Shown: positions 48,800 through 57,366 of the stretch, one piece after another
Layout of the letters: each line of letters begins with the position of its first letter
Position numbering within the stretch: the first letter of the stretch is position 1
Assembly: GCF_000737315.1 (NCBI RefSeq)
Contig: NZ_JMCB01000013.1
Coordinates: forward strand, 62,001-126,000
Origin: Hyalangium minutum
GTDB lineage: Bacteria; Myxococcota; Myxococcia; Myxococcales; Myxococcaceae
DNA: 64,000 nucleotides
Reading direction: 5' to 3'
Notes under the pieces: model-generated
Database searches by the model: none
Seen by the model: only the letters and a program-made list of their open reading frames with translations
Told to the model about the DNA's origin: nothing
Translations under genes and position numbers: made by a program

Positions 48800-49561
48800 G
48801 TGGAACGGCGACTCGAAGGCAAGCGCGTCCTGGTCACGCGCCCGAAAGAGCGGGTGGAAGAGCTGTGCTTCCTCCTGGAGGACGAGGGTGCGGAGGTGCT
48901 CAGCCTCCCCTTGCTGGAGTTGCGTCCTCCCGAGGATCCCCGGCCGCTCATGGCCGCTGCGGAGTCCATTCAGCGCTACCGGTGGGTGGTGTTCGCCAGC
49001 CCCTCGGCTGTGGAGGCGTTGATGGAGGCCTTGCGCGAGGCGGGCACGGCGGACCTCATGGGCCGCGTGCGCGTGGCGGCGGTGGGGCCACGCACGGCCC
49101 GTGTGGCCGAGAGCTACGGCTTGAAGGTGGCCGCCGAGCCCACCGAGTCCACGGGCCTGGGGCTCTTCGAGGCGCTCCGGTCCGAGCTTCACCCGGACGA
49201 CGAGGTGCTCCTGCCCGCCGCCGAGGAGGGGCGCCGCGAGCTGGAGCTGGCGCTGCGTGAGCAAGGCGTGCGTGTCACCCGGGTGACGGCGTACCGGACC
49301 ACGCCCGCCGCGTTGCCTCCCGAGGCCCAGGAGCTGCTGCGCACCGCTCCGCCGGACGTGGTGCTCTTCGCCTCGCCGCGCACGGTGGAGGTGTTCCTGG
49401 AGGCCGCCGGCCGCGAGCGGCTGGAGCAGGCCCGGGTGGTGGCCATTGGCCCGACGACTGCGGGCGCGCTGGCCCGGCTGGGCATCGAGGTGGCTGCGGT
49501 GGCCGAGCAGCCCACCCCTGAAGGGCTCGTGGACGCCGCGAGCCGAGCCATTCACGGGTAA
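48800..49561 (+). CDS. hemD: Uroporphyrinogen-III synthase
   Basis: VLVTRP, WVVFASPSAV, AAVGPRTA, VTAYRT, FASPRTV, VAIGPTTA. Confidence 0.93.
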   Translation: MERRLEGKRVLVTRPKERVEELCFLLEDEGAEVLSLPLLELRPPEDPRPLMAAAESIQRYRWVVFASPSAVEALMEALREAGTADLMGRVRVAAVGPRTARVAESYGLKVAAEPTESTGLGLFEALRSELHPDDEVLLPAAEEGRRELELALREQGVRVTRVTAYRTTPAALPPEAQELLRTAPPDVVLFASPRTVEVFLEAAGRERLEQARVVAIGPTTAGALARLGIEVAAVAEQPTPEGLVDAASRAIHG

Positions 49562-49573
49562 GCTGGGGCCACC

Positions 49574-50119
49574 ATGGGTTCTCTCCGCCTCCTCGGGCTG
49601 ATGATCGTTCTCGGCCTGCCTGCGCTCGCCGGGGCCTCGGGTCTGCCCCCGCAGACGCTGGCCGAGCTGGCCGGGCCATCGGATCGGATCGTCCTCGCGC
49701 GCGTGGTGGACCAGCGCGTCAATGTGCCAAATGGCAACGTGAGACAGATGACCACCATCTCCCGGTTGGAGGTGCTGGAGGAGTACCGTGGGCAGGGACC
49801 GCGCGCGCTGGAGCTGGTGCAGCTGGGCGGACGCAGCGGCTTGTGGGAGTCGCACCTGGCGGGAGATGCGAAGATCGCCGCGGGAGAGACGGCGCTGATG
49901 TTCCTCCGCTGCCCGGATCCGAAGGCGGTGGAGCGGTGCGTGCTGGTAGGGCAGGGCGCCGGGAAGCACACGGTGACGGAGGGCGCCCAGGGGCGGCGGG
50001 AGGTGGAGCTCACCGCGCGGGTGAAGGGCGGCCCGGTCCGGCGGTCCTTGGATGAAGTCGTGGACGAGATCCGGCGGGCGACTCTGCCCCCGGCGCAGCA
50101 GGAGAGGGGCAAGCGATGA
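49574..50119 (+). CDS. Exported hypothetical protein of the type usually found N-terminal to or upstream of matrixin-like proteases
   Basis: Signal peptide; TLAELAGPSDRIVLARVVD..RLEVLEEYRG..LVQLGG..GETALMFL pattern; stop overlaps protease start. Confidence 0.7.
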   Translation: MGSLRLLGLMIVLGLPALAGASGLPPQTLAELAGPSDRIVLARVVDQRVNVPNGNVRQMTTISRLEVLEEYRGQGPRALELVQLGGRSGLWESHLAGDAKIAAGETALMFLRCPDPKAVERCVLVGQGAGKHTVTEGAQGRREVELTARVKGGPVRRSLDEVVDEIRRATLPPAQQERGKR

Positions 50120-51897
50120 ACCGCAAGCTGCAACGGATGGCAGTGCTCGCGATGATGGCCTGGAGTGCCACGGCCTCCGCGCAGCAGTACGAGTATCTCG
50201 GCTTCAAGATGCTCAACAACCGGGACTACCCGTTCGCCTATTACCTGGACTCGCGCGCCAGCAACCCGGCGGGCATTGCCCTCTCGCAGGTGGAGGCCGC
50301 CACCACCGCGGCCTTCCAGACCTGGGAGAACGTGGCCTGTGCGTACCCGGATTTCCAATACAAGGGCTACAGCAGCACGGCCGCGATCCCGGATGTGCGC
50401 AGCACCACGGACGCGTTCAACGTCAGCACCATCTGGATCACCAGCTCGGCCGACCCCTACTACAACACGGCGCTCGCGGGCGGGAACTCGCCTTCCGGCT
50501 CTGTCCCGCTCACCTACGCGGGCTACCTCTACCAGTGTGACATCTTCATCAACGCGGTGACCTTCCGGTGGACGACGCTGGCCGGCACGGATCCACGCGA
50601 CAACTTCCGCGATCTGCAGACGGCGCTGACACATGAGGTGGGCCACTGCATGGGGCTCGGGGATGCGTACGCGCCCAACTCGGCGGTGATGTACCCGGAG
50701 TTCCCGGCGGGCCAGACCAAGCGCGTGCTCGATGCCCAGGACGTGACGCAGGTCTGCAGCTACCTGCCGGAGGACGGAGCGGTGGGCTCGCCGTGCTCGG
50801 ACAGCGATCCGTGTACCAACGGCCTCGCCTGCATCCCCTACAACAGCGGCAACGTGTCCTATAAGTACTGCTCCAAGGGCTGCACCGGCAACGATCCAGC
50901 CGAGTGCCCCAGCCCGTTCGTGTGCCAGACGTCCTCGGCCGTCGCTGGCTCCACGAAGGCCTGCCTCGCCGTCCCCAACCAGGCGGTGACGCAGGTGGGC
51001 AAGGAGTGCGGCACCAACGCGCAGTGTGGCTCGGCCGTGGCCATCTGCAAGACGCCCGAGCAACTGCCCTCTGGGGGGACCGCCTGGGTGGATGGCTACT
51101 GCCAGCAGGGGTGCAACGCGGGCTCCTCGGCCAGCACCTGCCCGGCGGGCTCGGTGTGCGTCAACACGAGCGCGGGCACGGATGATAGCTGCCTCAAGCG
51201 GTGCCGGCCCGGCACGGGCGACTGCCGCGCGGGCTACACCTGCTCGCCACTGGCCGAGGGAGATGCCTGCGTCCCCAACTGCTACAACGACTTGGACTGC
51301 AATGGCGGCACGACGGCCACCAACTATATCTGCCGCACGTGCGATCACGTCTGCATCGAGAACAAGCAGACGGGGCGCTCCGTGGGAGACGGGTGCCAGC
51401 GCAGCGAGGAGTGCGGCCCGGGGCAGATCTGCCTCTTCATCAACAACCACCCGGAGGGCATCTGCTCGCAGCCGTGCTCCACCGCGGCGTGTGGCTGCCC
51501 CGGGGGCTCCACGTGCAAGCAGGTGGGACCGGACCTCATGTGCATGAGGGACTGCGCCGCGGGCACCTGCGCCAGCCCGGCGCAGTGCAACCCCGTGGGC
51601 TCCACGTACTCGTGCACGGCCCGGTGCCGCACGCGCAATGACTGCCCCACGGGCTTCGAGTGCTATCCGGAGGGCTGCATCGATCCCACGAAGGTCCCGG
51701 ATGCGGGCTGCACGCTCTGCGGCACCGATGCCGGAACGAACCCGCCTCCGCCTCCGCCTCCGGATGGTGGCACGGGAGGGGGAGATGGAGGCCCCGGCGG
51801 GTGTGGCTGCGGCCAGGCCCCCACGTCGGCGATGCTGCTGTCGGCGCTCGCGCTGCTGCTGGTCGCTGGAGGTCGCCGCTCTTGGCCTCGCCGGTAA
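50116..51897 (+). CDS. Metzincin (matrixin-like) metalloprotease with Cys-rich repeats and MYXO-CTERM sorting signal
   Basis: HEVGHCMGLGD, Met-turn SAVMYP, many Cys modules, tail PPPPPPDGG..GGCGCGQAPTSAMLLSALALLLVAGGRRSWPRR. Confidence 0.88.
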   Translation: MNRKLQRMAVLAMMAWSATASAQQYEYLGFKMLNNRDYPFAYYLDSRASNPAGIALSQVEAATTAAFQTWENVACAYPDFQYKGYSSTAAIPDVRSTTDAFNVSTIWITSSADPYYNTALAGGNSPSGSVPLTYAGYLYQCDIFINAVTFRWTTLAGTDPRDNFRDLQTALTHEVGHCMGLGDAYAPNSAVMYPEFPAGQTKRVLDAQDVTQVCSYLPEDGAVGSPCSDSDPCTNGLACIPYNSGNVSYKYCSKGCTGNDPAECPSPFVCQTSSAVAGSTKACLAVPNQAVTQVGKECGTNAQCGSAVAICKTPEQLPSGGTAWVDGYCQQGCNAGSSASTCPAGSVCVNTSAGTDDSCLKRCRPGTGDCRAGYTCSPLAEGDACVPNCYNDLDCNGGTTATNYICRTCDHVCIENKQTGRSVGDGCQRSEECGPGQICLFINNHPEGICSQPCSTAACGCPGGSTCKQVGPDLMCMRDCAAGTCASPAQCNPVGSTYSCTARCRTRNDCPTGFECYPEGCIDPTKVPDAGCTLCGTDAGTNPPPPPPPDGGTGGGDGGPGGCGCGQAPTSAMLLSALALLLVAGGRRSWPRR

Positions 51898-53705
51898 CCG
51901 CCACCAGCCGCTCCCAGGCGGACTTCAGCACGATGTTCGTGCTCGAGGCGCTCGTCCATCAGGGCCTGCTCACCGCGCAGCAGGCCCAGGAGATCCTCGC
52001 GCGCGAGTCCGCCGCCCGCGCCCGCGTCCTCAAGGCCAAGGCGCAGGGCGGCTCCAAGGAGGCGGCACGCTATGACGTGTCGCCGGTGGAGCTCATCGCG
52101 GCCTTCCAGGTGCCGCTGTCCGAGGGCCGCGGCGTGCTGGACGAGGATCGGGTGACGGAGGCGGCCGCTCGCGCCGCCGGCATGCCGTACCGGAAGATCG
52201 ACCCGCTCAAGCTGGACATGGCGCTGGCCACGCGTACGGTGTCCCGGCCCTTCGCGCAGAAGCACGCGCTGCTGCCGCTGGAGCGCACGCAGCAGGGGCG
52301 GCTCGTGGTGGCGGTGGCCAACCCGTTCGATCGCGAGCTGTTCGAGAACCTCTACCGGCTGGCGGGTCTGCCCATCGAGCCGGTGCTGTCGTCCAAGTCG
52401 GACATCCTCAAGTCCATCACGGAGATCTACGGTTTCAAGAAGACGCTGGCGCGCGCGGCGGATGACTTCGCCACCGGGCCGTCGGTCGCCAACTTCGAGC
52501 AGCTGGTGTCGCTCAGCGGCACGCAAGAGCTGGACGCGGGCGACAAGCCAGTGGTGCAGGCGGTGGACTACCTGCTGCGCTACGCCTTCGACAACCGCGG
52601 GTCGGATATCCACATCGAGCCCAAGCGCGCCCAGTCGCACGTGCGTCTGCGCATCGACGGCGTGCTGCACACCGTCTACACCCTGCCGGCGGGGGTCCAC
52701 GCGCCCATCGTCTCGCGCGTGAAGATGCTCTCGCGCATGGACATCTCCGAGAAGCGCAAGCCGCAGGACGGCCGCATCAAGACAGAGCGCGAGGGCCGCG
52801 AAGTGGAGCTCCGCGTCTCCACGCTGCCCACTGCGTTCGGCGAGAAGGTGGTCATCCGTATCTTCGATCCGGAGACGCTGGTGCAGGACATTGCCCAGCT
52901 GGGCTTCGAGCCGGATGAGAAGGATTCATTCGAGTCCTGGATCGACCAGCCGCACGGGCTCATCCTGGTGACGGGCCCCACGGGCAGCGGCAAGACGACG
53001 ACGCTGTACTCGGCGCTGAAGGCGGTGGCGGGCCCGGACGTGAACGTCACCACGATCGAGGATCCGATCGAAATGGTGTGGGAGGGCTTCAACCAGGTGC
53101 AGGTTCAGCCCAAGGTGGGCTTGGACTTCGCCGGGGCGCTGCGCCACATCCTCCGCCAGGACCCGGACGTCATCATGGTGGGCGAGATCCGTGACGCGGA
53201 GACGGCGGAGAACGCCATTCAGTCCGCGCTCACGGGCCACCTGGTGCTCTCCACGCTGCACACCAACGACGCGATCGGCGCCGTGGCGCGCATGAAGGAT
53301 CTCGAGGTGCCGGCGTTCCTGCTCTCGCAGAGCCTCGTGGGGCTGATGGCCCAGCGCCTGCTGCGGCGCAACTGTGTCCATTGCGTACAGGAGACCACGC
53401 TGACGCCGGACGAGCTGACGTCGCTGATGGTGCCCATTCCGCTGCTGCCTGGAGGCGTGAGGCTGCTCAAGGGCGCGGGATGTGTGCGTTGCCGGGGCAC
53501 AGGCTATTTCGGACGTACGGGAGTCTTTGAAATCGTCAGCATCAACGCGGAGCTGAAGGACCTCATCAACCGTGGTGCGACGCACTACGAGCTGGTGGAG
53601 GCGGCTCGGCGCGCAGGGATGCGCACCCTTCGGGAGGCGGGTGTGCGCAAACTCGCGCAAGGACTCACCACCTTTGAAGAGGTGATGCGAATGACGGCTG
53701 TCTGA
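51882..53705 (+). CDS. GspE/PulE/PilB-family secretion ATPase
   Basis: SDIHIEP, RKPQDGR, Walker A GPTGSGKT, TIEDPIE, LRQDPDVIMVGEIRD, STLHTN, CVHC/CVRC; start is TTG 51882 (GGAGG upstream) or ATG 51934. Confidence 0.92.
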   Translation: MASPVTATSRSQADFSTMFVLEALVHQGLLTAQQAQEILARESAARARVLKAKAQGGSKEAARYDVSPVELIAAFQVPLSEGRGVLDEDRVTEAAARAAGMPYRKIDPLKLDMALATRTVSRPFAQKHALLPLERTQQGRLVVAVANPFDRELFENLYRLAGLPIEPVLSSKSDILKSITEIYGFKKTLARAADDFATGPSVANFEQLVSLSGTQELDAGDKPVVQAVDYLLRYAFDNRGSDIHIEPKRAQSHVRLRIDGVLHTVYTLPAGVHAPIVSRVKMLSRMDISEKRKPQDGRIKTEREGREVELRVSTLPTAFGEKVVIRIFDPETLVQDIAQLGFEPDEKDSFESWIDQPHGLILVTGPTGSGKTTTLYSALKAVAGPDVNVTTIEDPIEMVWEGFNQVQVQPKVGLDFAGALRHILRQDPDVIMVGEIRDAETAENAIQSALTGHLVLSTLHTNDAIGAVARMKDLEVPAFLLSQSLVGLMAQRLLRRNCVHCVQETTLTPDELTSLMVPIPLLPGGVRLLKGAGCVRCRGTGYFGRTGVFEIVSINAELKDLINRGATHYELVEAARRAGMRTLREAGVRKLAQGLTTFEEVMRMTAV

Positions 53706-53753
53706 AGTCCCGGGGGTCGGAGCCCCGGATGGCTTGTAGTAAAATGCAAGCGT

Positions 53754-55709
53754 ATGAGCTCCGAATCCCTGGCAGCCAGCGGTCCTCAGGTTCCCGTGGT
53801 GCTGGTGAACATGCCATTCGGGCCTCTGCAGACGCCTTCGATGGGGCTGAGCCTGCTCAAGCCGGCCTTGAAGGCCGCGGGCATCGAGAGCCACGTCTTC
53901 TACTTCCACCTCCGCTTCGCCCAGCAGTTCGGCGTCAGTCTCTACACCGCCATCTCCGGGAACTACTCGGGGGTGACGGACCTCACGGGGGACTGGCTGT
54001 TCTCGCATGCGCTGTACGAGGCCAAGCCCGATGACACCCAGCGCTACCTCTCCACCGTCATGCGGCGGAGGCGCCCGGACCAGGAGCTGGGGTGGGCGGA
54101 GCTGGAGGGCTACATCGCGGAGTTGCTGATTGCTCGCGTGGGCATCTCCGCCTTCGTGGATGAGTGTGTAGAGGCCATTCTGCAGACTGGCGCGCGCGTG
54201 GTGGGCTTCACGAGCGTCTACCAGCAGAACGTGGCGGCGCTCGCGGTCGCGCAGAGGCTCAAGCGCCGGCGCCCGGAGCTCCTCACGGTGTTTGGCGGCG
54301 CGAACTTCGAGGGCATCACGGGCCGCGAGCAGTTCGAGCGCTTTCCCTTCATCGACGTCGTCTTCTCGGGCGAGTCGGAGCAGCGGTTCCCGTGGGTGGT
54401 GGAGCGCCTGCTGCGCGGCGAGCGGCTGGGCAAGCTCGTGGGCGTGCTGGCGCGAGAGCACCTCGCAGGAGGCCCCAGCTTCCCGGGGAGCGGGGACACG
54501 ATGCTCCGCGAGATGGACCGGCTGCCGGTGCCAGACTTCTCGGACTTCTTCACGCAGTGGGCGGAGGCCCGGCTGGAGGGCGCTCCAAAGCCGGTGGTGC
54601 CCTTCGAGACGTCGCGGGGCTGCTGGTGGGGGCAGAAGCAGCACTGCACCTTCTGTGGCTTGAACGGCGAGTCCATGGCGTACCGGAGCAAGTCACCGGA
54701 GCGCGCCCTCTCGGAGTTCATCCAGGTGACGGAGGCGCATCCCGGCTGCCAGGTGGTGGTGGTCGATAACATCCTGGACATGAAGTACTTCAAGTCCTTC
54801 ATCCCGGCGCTGGGCGCTCGCTCCAACCCGGTGGACATCTTCTACGAGGTGAAGGCCAACCTGACCCACGAGCAGGTCCGGCTGCTGCGCGCCGCGCGCG
54901 TTATGGAGCTGCAACCCGGCATCGAGAGCCTGAGCGATCAGGTGCTGCGACTCATGCGCAAGGGCGTGACGGGGATGCAGAACCTGCAGCTGATGAAGTG
55001 GTGCAAGGAGTACGGCATCAACGTGCTCTGGAGCGTGCTCTGGGGCTTCCCGGGCGAGGAGCCCGGGGAGTACGCGCGGATGACGGAGCTGGTCCCGCTG
55101 GTGACCCACCTGGCGCCACCCATCGCGGGGATCTCCATTCTCCTGGAGCGCTTCTCCCCGAACTTCAACGAGGCCCAGGCGCGAGGGTTCAAGAACGTCC
55201 GGCCCGCCCCCGCGTACTCCTTCATCTACGACTTGCCGGAGTCCGCGCTCCACAACATGGCGTACTTCTTCTCCTACGAGTACGAGGACGGCCGGAACGT
55301 CCCGTCCTACGTGCAGACGCTGAACAAGCGCATCTGGGAGTGGAAGGCCGAGTACAGCACCTCGGCCCTGTACTCGCTGGACAAGGGAGATCACCTGCGG
55401 ATCGTCGACCGGAGGAAGGTGGCTCCCAGCCCCTCCCTGATTCTGCAGGGCGCCGAGCGATGGGCCCTGCTGGCCTGCGACGCGGTGACGTCCGTGCAGG
55501 CGCTGAAGGAGCGCTACCAGGAGCAGGACCCCCTGGCGCAGGGCTGGGACCCGCTGGAGACCGTGCTGGCGAGCCTCGTGGAGGCCAAGCTGGTGCTCAC
55601 CGATGGCAAGCACTACCTCGGCCTGCCTGTCGCCGTGACTCAGGATCCGCTGGCCGCGCCTGTGCCATTCATGGACGCGCTGGGGGAGCCCGTTCCGTCG
55701 GCGGCGTGA
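53754..55709 (+). CDS. RiPP-maturation type cobalamin-dependent radical SAM (C-methyltransferase-like) enzyme
   Basis: LVNMPF..PSMGLSLLK, VVGFTSVYQQN, GGANFEG, ETSRGCWWGQKQHCTFCGLNG (CX7CX2C), VDNILD, FYEVKAN, QPGIESL, LWGFPGE, RFSPNF. Confidence 0.85.
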   Translation: MSSESLAASGPQVPVVLVNMPFGPLQTPSMGLSLLKPALKAAGIESHVFYFHLRFAQQFGVSLYTAISGNYSGVTDLTGDWLFSHALYEAKPDDTQRYLSTVMRRRRPDQELGWAELEGYIAELLIARVGISAFVDECVEAILQTGARVVGFTSVYQQNVAALAVAQRLKRRRPELLTVFGGANFEGITGREQFERFPFIDVVFSGESEQRFPWVVERLLRGERLGKLVGVLAREHLAGGPSFPGSGDTMLREMDRLPVPDFSDFFTQWAEARLEGAPKPVVPFETSRGCWWGQKQHCTFCGLNGESMAYRSKSPERALSEFIQVTEAHPGCQVVVVDNILDMKYFKSFIPALGARSNPVDIFYEVKANLTHEQVRLLRAARVMELQPGIESLSDQVLRLMRKGVTGMQNLQLMKWCKEYGINVLWSVLWGFPGEEPGEYARMTELVPLVTHLAPPIAGISILLERFSPNFNEAQARGFKNVRPAPAYSFIYDLPESALHNMAYFFSYEYEDGRNVPSYVQTLNKRIWEWKAEYSTSALYSLDKGDHLRIVDRRKVAPSPSLILQGAERWALLACDAVTSVQALKERYQEQDPLAQGWDPLETVLASLVEAKLVLTDGKHYLGLPVAVTQDPLAAPVPFMDALGEPVPSAA

Positions 55710-55751
55710 CCCCGGCGGCATGCGCTCGCCGAGGCCCCACCGAGCCGCGCC

Positions 55752-57287
55752 TTAGAAGCGCGCCTGGAGCAGCGTGTTGAAGCCGAGCGCGTGCGGCTCC
55801 TCGAAGCGCGGCTGCGCCACGCCCGTCACGTCATCCCGGAACGTCGTCCGGTTGTTGTCGTAGGTGTAATAGACCTCGCCCACCGCGGCGACCGTCTCCG
55901 ACAAGTCCCACCGGAAGGTGGCCTTCGCCGACAGGATCGGCTCCGCCTTGCACGCCGCGTTGGACGCGCCGCACGTCTCCGGGAGGATGCTGAGCTGGTT
56001 CACGTCGCGCACCACCACCGTGCGCGTGCCCGTCAGGCCCGGGGGAGGGTTGTTGCCGCCGCCCAGGAACTCGGGGCTGCGGTAGGAGGCGGGCTGCTGC
56101 ACGCCGACGATGAAGCCCGGCGTGAAGTGCCAGTTCGGCAGGTAGTAGTCCGCGCCGGCCGCGATGAACATCTCCGGCTTGAGCTGTGTGCCCTCGGGGA
56201 AGTCACGGAACGGCGGCAGGCCCGGCACCTCGAACTGGATGAAGGACAGGCTGCGGTACAGCCCCAGCAGGTGCATGCGCCAGTTGTTCCACTTGGCCCG
56301 CGCCTGCAGCGCCACCGCCGTGGCCCCCTGCGGCACCGTGCGCGCGAACACGTCCGGATCCTCCAGCGTCTGCGTCAGGTAGCTGCCCTCGAGCGACACG
56401 GAGTAGGAGAGCCCGCCCGGGTACGTCTCTGGCGCGAAGAAGCGCTGGTAGACGTCGGGATCGTTCCGGTACAGCCGGAAGTCCACGCTCGTGCCCACCG
56501 GCACGCCCACGTGGTACACGGCCTGCGCGGACAGGCCCGCCGAGTTCACCGGCGCCCGGATGCCCTGGTTGGCCAGGCCCGGGATGATGCCCTTCTGGAA
56601 GTAGCCGCCACCGGCCTCCAGCCGCAGCGTCTCCAGAATGTCCACGCCCGCGCCGCCCATCAGGCCGTAGAGCGTCTCCTTCTCCAAAATCAAGTCGTTG
56701 AGCACCAGCGACGTCTTGCCGCCCAGGTACGCGTACCAACGGTCCCGGGTAACCTGCAGCTTCACGCCCGGCACGCCCTCGGCCGCGGCGCGGTTGGTGA
56801 AGACGCCGCTGCCGCCCCACGAGATGCGGTACGCATACCCGAGCCGGAAGCGATCCGCGGAAACCGGGAAGCCGGTGAGCGAGATGCCCTCCTTCTCGCC
56901 CCAGCCCGGCGGGGTGTAGTTGAGCCGGATGTAGCTGGAGTTGTCACGCAAGGTGACGCCGCCCGAGGGCTGCTCCAGCACGAGGATCGTCAGCGCGGCC
57001 TCGGTGGTGAGCCCCTCGAAGAACGCGGGCATGCGCTTGTAGAGCACCAGGTTCGACAGCGTCTCGAAGCCCGAGAAGCGCGTGTTGAAGTTGTCGTAGA
57101 ACTGGGTGTTCTGGTTGCCCGCGCCGAAGCGCGCGTTGGGGCTGTTGGGCGTCGTCTCGCCAGCGCCCGCCAGGACGTTGTCGTCCGCGAACACGAAGGA
57201 CAGGCGGGTATCGACGAAGTCACCGGCCCAGGCGGGCACACCAAGGAGCAACAGCCCAGTCAGGGCCAGGGTAGGCAGCGTTTTCAA
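55752..57287 (-). CDS. Outer-membrane beta-barrel protein, unknown function
   Basis: TTG start with GGAGG RBS, signal peptide ending PAWA, alternating aromatic/Gly strands, terminal beta-signal LLQARF. Confidence 0.7.
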   Translation of the reverse strand: MKTLPTLALTGLLLLGVPAWAGDFVDTRLSFVFADDNVLAGAGETTPNSPNARFGAGNQNTQFYDNFNTRFSGFETLSNLVLYKRMPAFFEGLTTEAALTILVLEQPSGGVTLRDNSSYIRLNYTPPGWGEKEGISLTGFPVSADRFRLGYAYRISWGGSGVFTNRAAAEGVPGVKLQVTRDRWYAYLGGKTSLVLNDLILEKETLYGLMGGAGVDILETLRLEAGGGYFQKGIIPGLANQGIRAPVNSAGLSAQAVYHVGVPVGTSVDFRLYRNDPDVYQRFFAPETYPGGLSYSVSLEGSYLTQTLEDPDVFARTVPQGATAVALQARAKWNNWRMHLLGLYRSLSFIQFEVPGLPPFRDFPEGTQLKPEMFIAAGADYYLPNWHFTPGFIVGVQQPASYRSPEFLGGGNNPPPGLTGTRTVVVRDVNQLSILPETCGASNAACKAEPILSAKATFRWDLSETVAAVGEVYYTYDNNRTTFRDDVTGVAQPRFEEPHALGFNTLLQARF

Positions 57288-57366
57288 ACTTCCCTCCAAG
57301 GACGCGGCCGGATGGCCGCGCCTCCCAAAGCCCCGTTGCCAGGGCATGCTTCAAATCAAGAGATGA

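Noticed and set aside
42090-48800. Possible IS, prophage or ICE explanation for the island
   Set aside because: No transposase, integrase, relaxase, phage gene, terminal inverted repeats or target-site duplication was recognised, so it is not called a mobile element.
51741-51765. (CCGCCT)n microsatellite
   Set aside because: Encodes the poly-Pro linker before the MYXO-CTERM; an in-frame hexamer, ordinary for these proteins.
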